The notes under the pieces: model-generated
Seen by the model: only the letters and a program-made list of their open reading frames with translations
Told to the model about the DNA's origin: nothing
The model's database searches: none
Origin: Candidatus Giovannonibacteria bacterium RIFCSPLOWO2_12_FULL_43_11c
Lineage (GTDB): Bacteria; Patescibacteriota; Minisyncoccia; JACPKW01; UBA11713
Length of the DNA stretch: 47,799 nt
Assembly (NCBI GenBank): GCA_001780775.1
Contig: MFIO01000014.1
Coordinates: forward strand, 5,884-53,682
Direction of reading: 5' to 3'
Part shown: one piece after another, positions 19,282 through 27,532 of the stretch
How the letters are laid out: each line of letters opens with the position of its first letter
Numbering within the stretch: the first letter of the stretch is position 1
Made by a program: the position numbers and the translations under genes

Positions 19282-19539
19282 CTAACCGCCACAACCTGTT
19301 TTTGAAGGTGGAGGACTGCTCCCTGTATCAGCCATGGCTTCATTTACTATTACGGCACGTAAAAACTCGGAAGATTTTTTGTCCACATCCGTTAAGCTAG
19401 TAAAAAGCTTTCTTTTATACGCACTAAAGGTATCTATTAAAAACTTTCCCCCAAAGCGATACGCCAACGTTGGAACTGCCAAAAACACAAAAATCAAGAC
19501 AAGCGACAGATCGGCCTTTATAAGTTTAGTGTTTCGCAT
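19282..19539 (-). CDS. Small membrane-anchored peptide ending AMA-DTGSSPPPSKTGCGG (candidate precursor/substrate)
   Basis: 85-aa ORF filling the gap between the two paralogs (19- and 15-nt spacers), same strand; hydrophobic segment then a Ser/Thr/Pro/Gly tail with terminal CGG. Confidence 0.7.
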   Translation of the reverse strand: MRNTKLIKADLSLVLIFVFLAVPTLAYRFGGKFLIDTFSAYKRKLFTSLTDVDKKSSEFLRAVIVNEAMADTGSSPPPSKTGCGG

Positions 19540-19558
19540 AGATAAAGTTTAAGATATT

Positions 19559-20728
19559 TCACGGACTCTGTCCATCCGTAGGGGGTTCAAAACTATCGTC
19601 GAGCATTCTAAGATATAGCTGTATTAACCAACCGCTATAGAACGGAGACTTGTTATTCTTGCTTTTATTTGCAGCGTGTAAAAACCCATAATCCGCATTA
19701 AACTGTCTGTTGTATTGCGAGTCCCATCTTTCATTAAGGATATGTTGGCCAATCGCCTTGGCCTGCGCATAAAATACCTCCGGGTCGTCATCGGGTTCAT
19801 CGTGGGATGCTAAAGCCTCAGGCACAGTGCGCATACTACCTTGCAAATCGCCATAATGCGGGTTTCGACCTTGAGCAATTTCAGTAAGATCTAAAAGAAC
19901 TTCCCACGCCTTAGCAAGATTTCCAATGCCCAGCCCAGCGCCTGAATCAAATTTGCCAAGATGTTCGGTAATGTGCGACTTCTCAAAAAAATCCTTAACT
20001 GCGTTAAGATATATTACATTCTGAGTTTCGGCGTAAGCTGGGAGGTAAACGCTCCAAATGATATGGATATCATTATTCCTTACTACATAATAATCGCTGG
20101 TTACAAAAAACTCTAAGCCGCGAGAGAATTTCCCGTCTAATATATCTTTTGCTGTTTTATCAAGCTTATCAAGATATTTTTTTTCTCCCGTAACATGGTA
20201 AAGCGCGGCCAGTTTAATGCCGTTGTTGTTATTCACGGTATTTTCCAGCGATTCATTCAAAAACTTATCCGCAGATTTTAACATAGCTTTCTTAAAACGA
20301 TCGTCCTTGAAATCCATGTAGAAATCGTGGAGTGCGAAGTAATTCCATTCGCAGTAATCAGAATTTTTCTCGCAAGCATCTAACACAAAACCCATGGCGC
20401 GATCAGCTTTTTCTTTATATTTTGGATCACTGGTTGTTTTCCATAAATGATAATACGCGCGGAGAATTTGCCCAGTATGCGGAGGCCCGGACGATTCGAT
20501 GGCTTTGCAAGCGCTATCATTTTTTGTACACTCGTATAATAATTCAAAACTGCCGTCTGGTTTCAAAGTTTTATCAAGAAATAAGGCAGTTTTTTTGGCA
20601 ATTTCCAGCCCCGTTAGACGCTTTCCCGCTTTGACCCCAATAAATTCCGGCAAATATACCGCCGCGTAATACATCAGGGCGATCGCGAAAACAGCCGAAG
20701 CCGCCAAAATTATATTCTTCTTCATCAT
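19559..20728 (-). CDS. Membrane-anchored alpha/alpha-barrel protein, paralog A
   Basis: TM anchor; shares EIA..TA.FLD...KP.G.F, PPHTGQI..AYY, YKEKAD.A, YCEWN.F, WSVYLPAY, WDS, DYGFL and SGW with 18112-19266. Confidence 0.65.
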   Translation of the reverse strand: MMKKNIILAASAVFAIALMYYAAVYLPEFIGVKAGKRLTGLEIAKKTALFLDKTLKPDGSFELLYECTKNDSACKAIESSGPPHTGQILRAYYHLWKTTSDPKYKEKADRAMGFVLDACEKNSDYCEWNYFALHDFYMDFKDDRFKKAMLKSADKFLNESLENTVNNNNGIKLAALYHVTGEKKYLDKLDKTAKDILDGKFSRGLEFFVTSDYYVVRNNDIHIIWSVYLPAYAETQNVIYLNAVKDFFEKSHITEHLGKFDSGAGLGIGNLAKAWEVLLDLTEIAQGRNPHYGDLQGSMRTVPEALASHDEPDDDPEVFYAQAKAIGQHILNERWDSQYNRQFNADYGFLHAANKSKNNKSPFYSGWLIQLYLRMLDDSFEPPTDGQSP

Positions 20729-20750
20729 AAAATTATAAATCTTTTAGGTC

Positions 20751-22022
20751 TCAAAACCAAACAAAAATATCGCCATGCGCCTCAAATGCTTGGACTTTCT
20801 TAACGTCGAATTGTATCAAACCTTCATCTATAAAATGCTTGAGAGGAAAGTTTCTTTTAATAATCCATCTGTTCGCTATATGATCCGGATCTATAAAGCT
20901 TTTTGAGTTCGCCTTATCATCCAAATATTCCAATGAAATCCTAAGAGTAGCTTTGTTTTTTTGAGAGAAAAGCTCCGTAACATGAATCTGAAATTGAAAA
21001 TCTACATGGTGAATAGAAAATAAAACGTTCTTTAACTGGGCGATGTCCAGCTTGATTCCCTCAAAATGAAACTCCTTGTCTACGCTACCGACTACCCTTA
21101 GGAATTTTTTGCCGCAAGCGCAAATCTCGTCTTCCCAAATACCAAGATCAGAAGTCTTATATCTCACAAGGGGCAAAAATCCGTGTTTTTTTATTGAGCT
21201 TACGATAATGTTGCCGGGTTTGCGGATAGCTCCTCCTTCGCGCAACAATTCAACGAACATATCATCATATAAATGAAATAGATTGGGATCCTCGTACGGC
21301 GCCTTTCTGCATCTGTAGCCAACAATATTGCCGCCGATAATGCGGTAAGCATTTTCGACAACGGCATGCGGGTAAAAATTACTAAGGTTTTGCAAGCGGA
21401 AAAAAGAAAGATGTCCAGTCGGGACAAAAATGAATTTGATGTATTCCCCAGCGCCTGTAATATCCATTTCTTTCCCCAAATTCAGCGCATTTTGATAAGA
21501 CGCAATAAGGCTGTCGATTTTAAGATAATCAGCAAGCACCGCTGTGTATTTCATGGCATGAGGATCACCGATTATATGTAATAATTTAAGCTTACGGCAA
21601 ACTCTAGCTAGCCTATTGGTAAATGAGCTTGGCGTCAAAGTAATCGCCCCACTTATATTCCTTTCCGAAAGAATTTCGAGCGTCTTCTGGGAAGCACTTC
21701 CGTATTCATCTGAAACTTTAGCGAAATTCAAAAAGCCGTAGCGCTCCTCTATTGTTAAGAGACCAGAAAAATTATCCTTCCAAGATCCAGGACCGTGAAT
21801 TGATTCGTAATGCATCCTGATTGCCATGTCAATATTATCGTTCGTCAGTACGGGAATTTTTTCTATATCAATAAAGTTCTCAATAGACAATTTCCAATCA
21901 AAGCCTGCTTGCTTGTACTTATCTCTATAATAGGAATTTTCATCGCCTGCAACGCTTTTCAAGAAATCATTAAAAAAGCGTAATGCCGATTGGCGTTCTT
22001 CGTCTGTATATATTTCATTCAT
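20751..22022 (-). CDS. Phenylacetate-CoA-ligase (PaaK)-like ANL protein, degenerate
   Basis: YYRDKY...IEKIPVLT, PLVRYKTSDLG and CACG are present; the TSGTT loop is absent and the hinge GR reads GS. Confidence 0.7.
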   Translation of the reverse strand: MNEIYTDEERQSALRFFNDFLKSVAGDENSYYRDKYKQAGFDWKLSIENFIDIEKIPVLTNDNIDMAIRMHYESIHGPGSWKDNFSGLLTIEERYGFLNFAKVSDEYGSASQKTLEILSERNISGAITLTPSSFTNRLARVCRKLKLLHIIGDPHAMKYTAVLADYLKIDSLIASYQNALNLGKEMDITGAGEYIKFIFVPTGHLSFFRLQNLSNFYPHAVVENAYRIIGGNIVGYRCRKAPYEDPNLFHLYDDMFVELLREGGAIRKPGNIIVSSIKKHGFLPLVRYKTSDLGIWEDEICACGKKFLRVVGSVDKEFHFEGIKLDIAQLKNVLFSIHHVDFQFQIHVTELFSQKNKATLRISLEYLDDKANSKSFIDPDHIANRWIIKRNFPLKHFIDEGLIQFDVKKVQAFEAHGDIFVWF

Positions 22023-22060
22023 TTTTATATATCCTTAATTTCTATTATACCAAAATTAAT

Positions 22061-22936
22061 TTATCCCAAACGAAAAGAAGGAATACCGCAACTGCACGAG
22101 CCAGCCACAGAATACAATAGTATATTAGTTTGATAGCGTATCATTGGGCAAGCTTGAAGACGAGAAGAAGTTATAACGGCTATGCCGGGCTCTATAAAAA
22201 CATCATTGAAGGGGTGGAATACAAAATCCATGTCCCGGTTTGATTCAGGGCATTTAAAAGCTAATCGCCCCGTTTCAGGGAGGCTTAAGATATAGTCAAT
22301 AATGATGCCTTCAGGCCAGTGCCAGTCGGTATAACAAAATTGAGAATCAATAAGCGTTATGCTTTTTAATGGGAGTTTCGCTCTAATTAAGTCGTGCTTA
22401 TAGTGATCTATCGAATATCTATCGAGAAAAATGCTATCCGCCTCGTATTGCTTCGATACAGAAAATATAAGTTCAGAATTCGGGATTTCTCCAATCAATG
22501 GGATAAGATTCTGCTCATAAATATAGACGCAATGTTCTAATGCTTCATATATGTCCCCCATCAGAACTAGAGGGCGTTTACCGTTTATCGGCAGACCACT
22601 CTTTTTTATCTCATCAACAGTCCTGTGCAATAAAAAAGACCTTTCTGCTTCTGGAGACTTAATCAGTTTATATACGGCGGGACCTTCACCATAAATTCTG
22701 TCGTGGTAAAACGTTAAGGCAAGCTCCTGCCTCGTCACAATAGGCAGCTCTCTTAAAAAATCGTAATTCAAATTGTCTGGCAAATCCGAAAAACTTATTT
22801 TTAATCCTTTTTTCTTATATTTTTCACGATAAAAATCTGCGGGTGCCGACAGAACCGTCTTTAAAAGGTTCGAAAACTGACTTAAAAAAACTTTTTCCGA
22901 ATTATTCGTTGAGTTGCAAATCCTAGTGTCAAGCAT
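22061..22936 (-). CDS. PaaK-like ANL protein, short and degenerate (N-terminal domain only)
   Basis: FYREKY...LRELPIVTRQEL, LPETG, FHP, PMIRYQT and CSCG; ends just after the CxCG motif; no TSGTT. Confidence 0.65.
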   Translation of the reverse strand: MLDTRICNSTNNSEKVFLSQFSNLLKTVLSAPADFYREKYKKKGLKISFSDLPDNLNYDFLRELPIVTRQELALTFYHDRIYGEGPAVYKLIKSPEAERSFLLHRTVDEIKKSGLPINGKRPLVLMGDIYEALEHCVYIYEQNLIPLIGEIPNSELIFSVSKQYEADSIFLDRYSIDHYKHDLIRAKLPLKSITLIDSQFCYTDWHWPEGIIIDYILSLPETGRLAFKCPESNRDMDFVFHPFNDVFIEPGIAVITSSRLQACPMIRYQTNILLYSVAGSCSCGIPSFRLG

Positions 22937-22964
22937 TTGAAATTGGGTTAAGCTTCGTTATAAT
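22937..22964 (+). promoter_or_regulatory. Sigma70 promoter of the 54-aa ORF
   Basis: TTGAAA-16 nt-TATAAT, 14 nt upstream of ATG 22979. Confidence 0.5.
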
Positions 22965-22978
22965 TATATATATTGAAT

Positions 22979-23143
22979 ATGCCTTACTACATCCTCAAAA
23001 AACTATATGCAATAATGACTGATCTCCTCGCCAAATGGCGAGGCCATTTTAATAAGGATGACGAAACTGAATCACAGCCCACACCCAAAAAAGAAAATCC
23101 GAACGCAAAACTTTTCATAAGCTGTGGCGGTTTCATAGAATAG
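22979..23143 (+). CDS. 54-aa small protein MPYYILKKLYAIMTDLLAKWRGHFNKDDETESQPTPKKENPNAKLFISCGGFIE (not in the ORF track)
   Basis: Manual translation ATG 22979 to TAG 23143. Has its own promoter-like motif, fills the intergenic gap and stops 3 nt from the convergent gene's stop. Confidence 0.6.
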   Translation: MPYYILKKLYAIMTDLLAKWRGHFNKDDETESQPTPKKENPNAKLFISCGGFIE

Positions 23144-23146
23144 ATT

Positions 23147-24481
23147 TCATACAATTTTTCTTAAAACAAGCCGCTTGTTTTTTGGCGGAAAATCTTCAAC
23201 AAAATCCAATTTAAGGGGTAAAAACTTATTTTTCTCAACCAAGCTTGCGATGGTATCCGTGGGAGTTATAAATAAATTTTTACTGACAAAATTTGAAATA
23301 AATTTGCTCTTATTATGTTTTTCAGACTTATCGCTAAACTTTAACTTAAGAAGGAGCTCTCCAAGTACGCCATCTCCAACAAGAACCTCGCGAGCCTCTC
23401 CCTCCCAATCATCTATCCAATCACGAATAGCATCTAATGACAATACTCTTTCTATCTCACTTCGCATAATAACAGCGCCTCCGCATTTAATATAATCAAA
23501 ATCTTTCCGACCCGCTAGAGCAAAGCTCCAAAAAGCGCCGCACTTGCATTTTTTGAACGATGCCTTTGCAATGTCCCCTGTTCGATACCTAAGAAGCGAA
23601 AATAGAGCATCATCTCTGTCAGAAAAGCGCGTACAAACAACCTCCCCGTATCCATCTTCGTTCACATCAACTATTTCAATTATTGCACTTTCTACCGGAT
23701 GATAAACATTTACGCCTTCTTCCTGTTGCAAATGGAAACACGATGCGCCAATCATCCCGGCTTCGACTGAGCTGTACTGACTATCCAAACTGATTGAATT
23801 AACTCCTTGTTTGCCATAAAATTTCAACAAGTTATCGAGTTGTGGCTTACTTACAAAATCCCCAGTCAATGCCATGCCTTTCACGGATGAAATTAGAGAA
23901 AATTCGTCATCCAAGAAAATTGAAGAAAAATTTACCAAATGCGTTGGGAAAGCGAAAATAAAGTCCGCATTAAAATCCGCAATCGCATATTTTGCGCTGG
24001 CGTTAAGTTGGTTTGGTAATAATGTAAATTGATGGCACTTGCCCCCATTTCTTTTGCTTCCCGAGATTGCTACAAGCAACCCGCGCAAATTATGGGAGAA
24101 TGACCCGGTAATCCTTAAAGACCTTTGAGGCGCCAAAAAAAATTGAGGAATTTCATTTATAAGAAGTACTGGCTCCGTAGATTTTGTTGTTCCAGATGTA
24201 GTGCGGAGAATATATTTGTATTTATAGGCATCTCCTCCAGCGCTGTTTTCAAAATCGTCCCATAATGTTGCGAAGCCTATATCTATGAAATCTTTTTTCG
24301 TCAAGAAAGGAATCTCCTTCCAACGTTCCCAATTAAAGTCCGAAAAGGCCGGCTGAAATTTTTTGTTCACAAAATGACTACGCCAAAATTTTAGCTTATC
24401 AAGTTTTTCCAACGCCGAACCAACGAACTCTCGCTCTTTTTCAAGTTCCTCATGGGTTTTCAAAATTATTTCGCTTGGCAT
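23147..24481 (-). CDS. PaaK-like adenylate-forming enzyme with intact motifs (start revised to ATG 24481)
   Basis: IPFLTKKD, RTTSGTT, LTGD, YSSVEAG, RYRTGD, CKCG, LAGRKD, EIE and a C-terminal K-rich segment. The ATG lies 2 nt after the upstream stop. Confidence 0.85.
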   Translation of the reverse strand: MPSEIILKTHEELEKEREFVGSALEKLDKLKFWRSHFVNKKFQPAFSDFNWERWKEIPFLTKKDFIDIGFATLWDDFENSAGGDAYKYKYILRTTSGTTKSTEPVLLINEIPQFFLAPQRSLRITGSFSHNLRGLLVAISGSKRNGGKCHQFTLLPNQLNASAKYAIADFNADFIFAFPTHLVNFSSIFLDDEFSLISSVKGMALTGDFVSKPQLDNLLKFYGKQGVNSISLDSQYSSVEAGMIGASCFHLQQEEGVNVYHPVESAIIEIVDVNEDGYGEVVCTRFSDRDDALFSLLRYRTGDIAKASFKKCKCGAFWSFALAGRKDFDYIKCGGAVIMRSEIERVLSLDAIRDWIDDWEGEAREVLVGDGVLGELLLKLKFSDKSEKHNKSKFISNFVSKNLFITPTDTIASLVEKNKFLPLKLDFVEDFPPKNKRLVLRKIV

Positions 24482-24483
24482 AC

Positions 24484-25851
24484 TTATTCCACGACGAATA
24501 ACTCGCCCCAATCCTTCGCCCGGTACGAAGGTCCTAAAAATATTTCTCGTAGGTCCTCTTTTCCGACATCCTTCCTTATATCATCTAGGGTTTTATATAT
24601 TGAGCCTCCGGCGAATCTACTCCCGACAAAATTGGGCCTTTCTTCCAATCTCCAAACGCTACGATTAAAAGGTAGGAAAAAAAGGCTAGGATAACTCCGC
24701 ACGATAAACACATAAGAAAGAGGATTCAATACGCCGCTTGCCGCTTCAATCTTTGCCATACGCAAAAAAGTTTGCTCATGAATAACTCCGTTCCAGAAAA
24801 ACAAGTCCAAAAGGCTTGATTTTTGGCTTAAAACAAGAAACTTGTCTAAAAATTTTCGCCTCCAATGCAAGTCGGCGATAGAAGCCAAATCTGCCTGATA
24901 CGTAAAATCTCGAACCGAATAAAAAGTTGTTGCCGATTGATGCCAAAATCTGATACCTCTTTTGATTAGCGGTTCATAGATTGAAATACCCTCATGAAAT
25001 TTGTACTTGGCTGGATCGATTTCAAGAAAAAAATATTCATCTGCGAGAGTGATACGCAAAAATTTTTTATCCGCTTCAGGTGATTTCAAAATGTACAGAT
25101 AAAATTGATGATTTTTAGGCCGACCGTCAAAATGTGAAAGTGTATAATAAATCGGGCCGTATCGTTCTAAAATACTCGGCATAACATCTTCCTCGAGCGA
25201 AAGTATGAAGTCTGATTCCGCTGTTAGTTTAGGCCCGACAAGCTCGAAAGGAATATAATCCATGCGAGGAACAGTTTCCAGTAAATCTTGATCAACCTTA
25301 ACATTGTCTTTTTTTGAAGCAATCGCCGAATTAAGCAATAACTGCAAGCGAAACAAAATCTCTGCTCGTAAGATTTTCCCATTCTCAGCCAGTAAATCAA
25401 TGGACTTTAGAACATCACTTAAATTTACAGAGTACTTATTATAAATATACTCCGGATTACTGCGTTCAAGACGCTCCATTCGTATAAAAGCAAGATGGGC
25501 TTTTTTATAAGAAGAAACGTCACCTTCCCATGAAGCGAGAGCGTGCCAATAGCTATTAATAAGTCTTCTGGCCGAAGCGGCAGAAGGTTCTGCCAGAAAT
25601 ATTCTCCGCCTTTTTTCACACTCGATAAAACTACGCAAGAAATTAAATGGGTGAAGAGTTTTTAAAAAAGAATGGCGAAAATGAAACCAATATTCTTTCT
25701 TGGTTTCTCGGTATAATTTTTCTAAACGCGAAGTGGTTTGATAAAGTTCTCCAATGGCCGCTGACGCATTTTCCAAATCCATTCCTTCTGCGGCAAAAAG
25801 AGGGTCGCCTTTTGTTTTAATATAAAATTCCTGAAGTGACGGTGGAATCAT
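24484..25851 (-). CDS. Hypothetical protein (455 aa), first gene of the PaaK-like operon
   Basis: Long ORF, no TM, no motif I recognise; coupled to the downstream ligase. Confidence 0.75.
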   Translation of the reverse strand: MIPPSLQEFYIKTKGDPLFAAEGMDLENASAAIGELYQTTSRLEKLYRETKKEYWFHFRHSFLKTLHPFNFLRSFIECEKRRRIFLAEPSAASARRLINSYWHALASWEGDVSSYKKAHLAFIRMERLERSNPEYIYNKYSVNLSDVLKSIDLLAENGKILRAEILFRLQLLLNSAIASKKDNVKVDQDLLETVPRMDYIPFELVGPKLTAESDFILSLEEDVMPSILERYGPIYYTLSHFDGRPKNHQFYLYILKSPEADKKFLRITLADEYFFLEIDPAKYKFHEGISIYEPLIKRGIRFWHQSATTFYSVRDFTYQADLASIADLHWRRKFLDKFLVLSQKSSLLDLFFWNGVIHEQTFLRMAKIEAASGVLNPLSYVFIVRSYPSLFFLPFNRSVWRLEERPNFVGSRFAGGSIYKTLDDIRKDVGKEDLREIFLGPSYRAKDWGELFVVE

Positions 25852-25887
25852 TTATTTACTTTACATTAATTTATTAACTTTAAAAAG

Positions 25888-25926
25888 AATACCACACTGC
25901 CTATGACAATATGACAATGTGGTATT
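25888..25926. terminator. Inverted repeat with an internal tandem repeat, downstream of the symporter
   Basis: aataccaca...tgtggtatt arms enclosing tatgacaa x2; A-tract on the left (U-tract on the minus strand). Confidence 0.45.
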
Positions 25927-25953
25927 ATCGTAAAACTGAATCTCCTTTCTTCG

Positions 25954-27384
25954 CTATGAAAGCGACTTGAAATCGAATGGTCTTTTGTTAGTAAGGCCGC
26001 TAAGTAGCGCCGCTCCAAGTGTAATGCTTATTGGAACAAGCGCGCCAACTGATGAGACTGTGGAATTCTTTACAATCGAACCGTACACGAATAACGGAAC
26101 TCCGATGGCAATACCGAGGAGTATGCCTCCGAAAGTAAACCTTGAAGAAGGTCGCGGCCAAAATAGGGACAAGACCGTGGGAACAAGAAGAGAAGATCTT
26201 AAAACTCCCACCAAAAGGATCAAATAAAGGAGCTGGATTGTCGGGATAAGCGCGATCGACATGCCGACAAGGATGAGAACGGCCATAGCGCTTCTTGACG
26301 CAATCAAAATAGCGCGATCGGAAGCGTTAGGCCGAAAAGAGCGGAAGACATCCACGGCGCCTATCGAACTTATCGCGGCAAGCGCGGAACTTCCCGCTGC
26401 CACAAGCCCGGCAAGCACCATCAGAGTAAAGCTAATTACCCCTATATCGGAAAGCGCTCCAATAGCCATAGAGAATCCAGCAAGCTGGGGATTTTGAACT
26501 AATGTCTGCAGATTTTTGTTTGCAGCCAAAAATCCCAAGGCTCCCAGCATTATTGGCACAATAGCAAAGATTAATCCCCCAAGAAGAAATGCCCTCCTGC
26601 TAATGCCTTCCTTCATTGAGAAAGCCCTTTGCCATTGTTGCTGGTCAATCATGATGCCGGATATTAACGACACGCTGACTGGAACCCCAAATGTCCAAGC
26701 GACAGTCGGATTAAATAGATCAGAAAAGGTGCCGCTTTTCCCGCCAATCCCTGAAATCAAAGCCGAAATGCCTCCCCTTTCCGCAATCACAAAAGGAACA
26801 ATCCAGAAAACAACGACGGCTATGAAGCAAGCCTTGATTACGTCTTCCACGAGCGACGAACGTATACCCTTAAGAACGCTCAATGATACCATCATGCCGC
26901 CCAAAATCAAGATCAGCAACTGCTTGGAAATCCCCATCACCAAATTCAGCATCAGGAGCGCCGCAGTCAAATTGAAAATGATCGCGTAGCTCTGAACGAT
27001 GAATATAGTGGCGACATACAGAACCCGCATTTTTCGGTCAAAGCGGCGCCCTATAAATTCCGGGAGGGTAAAGCCCTGATTGAAAACTTTACGCATTCTC
27101 GCCGCCATGAAGGAAAAAAGAATCAAAGCAAGCGCATTCGGGAAAGTAAACCAAAAAAGACCCGGGATTCCTTGCTCGAAAGCCTTTTGCGATGAAACAA
27201 AAAGCGCTCCTGCCCACACCCAAGCAACAGCAGTCGTTACCGCCCCAAGCAAAAGACCTACATTCCTCTCTGAAACCAGGAAAGAAGCGGGGGTTGCCCT
27301 CGCTCCTGAAACCGCACGAATGGAAATCCAAGAAAAAAACCAGAAACCTGCCAAAATCCAATACCCGCTGATCGTGTCAACCAT
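25954..27384 (-). CDS. Sodium:solute symporter family transporter (DUR3/PutP-like)
   Basis: About 13 TM; FLVSERNVG, AWVWA, GFTLPEFIGRRF, GIRSS...D and DQQQWQRAFS; strong SD GGGAGG. Confidence 0.85.
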   Translation of the reverse strand: MVDTISGYWILAGFWFFSWISIRAVSGARATPASFLVSERNVGLLLGAVTTAVAWVWAGALFVSSQKAFEQGIPGLFWFTFPNALALILFSFMAARMRKVFNQGFTLPEFIGRRFDRKMRVLYVATIFIVQSYAIIFNLTAALLMLNLVMGISKQLLILILGGMMVSLSVLKGIRSSLVEDVIKACFIAVVVFWIVPFVIAERGGISALISGIGGKSGTFSDLFNPTVAWTFGVPVSVSLISGIMIDQQQWQRAFSMKEGISRRAFLLGGLIFAIVPIMLGALGFLAANKNLQTLVQNPQLAGFSMAIGALSDIGVISFTLMVLAGLVAAGSSALAAISSIGAVDVFRSFRPNASDRAILIASRSAMAVLILVGMSIALIPTIQLLYLILLVGVLRSSLLVPTVLSLFWPRPSSRFTFGGILLGIAIGVPLFVYGSIVKNSTVSSVGALVPISITLGAALLSGLTNKRPFDFKSLS

Positions 27385-27461
27385 TATTATTCCCTCCCCT
27401 TTTTTAAGTTTCCATTAAAGTCTAATATACGTGGCGTGGCGTAGTCAATCGCGGTTTCAGT

Positions 27462-27490
27462 TTGCAATAAAAACAGTATCAATGTATAAA
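27462..27490 (+). promoter_or_regulatory. Sigma70 promoter of the UbiD-like gene
   Basis: TTGCAA-17 nt-TATAAA; SD AAGGAGG precedes ATG 27533. Confidence 0.5.
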
Positions 27491-27532
27491 TGGCACGAAT
27501 AGTTTCATTAATTTTTTAAGGAGGGGTTTATC

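Noticed and set aside
18112-20728. Calling the cluster a lanthipeptide (LanC) or CaaX prenylation system
   Set aside because: No LanC zinc-ligand motifs, no LanB/LanM/kinase-lyase dehydratase and no prenyltransferase repeat signature; the proteins look extracytoplasmic. Kept only as fold-level possibilities.
23107-23126. AAAACTTTT(C)ATAAGCTGTG resembles the minus-strand sequence at about 9545-9563
   Set aside because: Short AT-rich match with an indel; each copy is explained by its own context (peptide coding versus promoter spacer).
20751-24481. Phenylacetate catabolism or lux operon
   Set aside because: No paaABCDE/paaZ or luxCDAB genes nearby, and two of the three ligases lack catalytic motifs.
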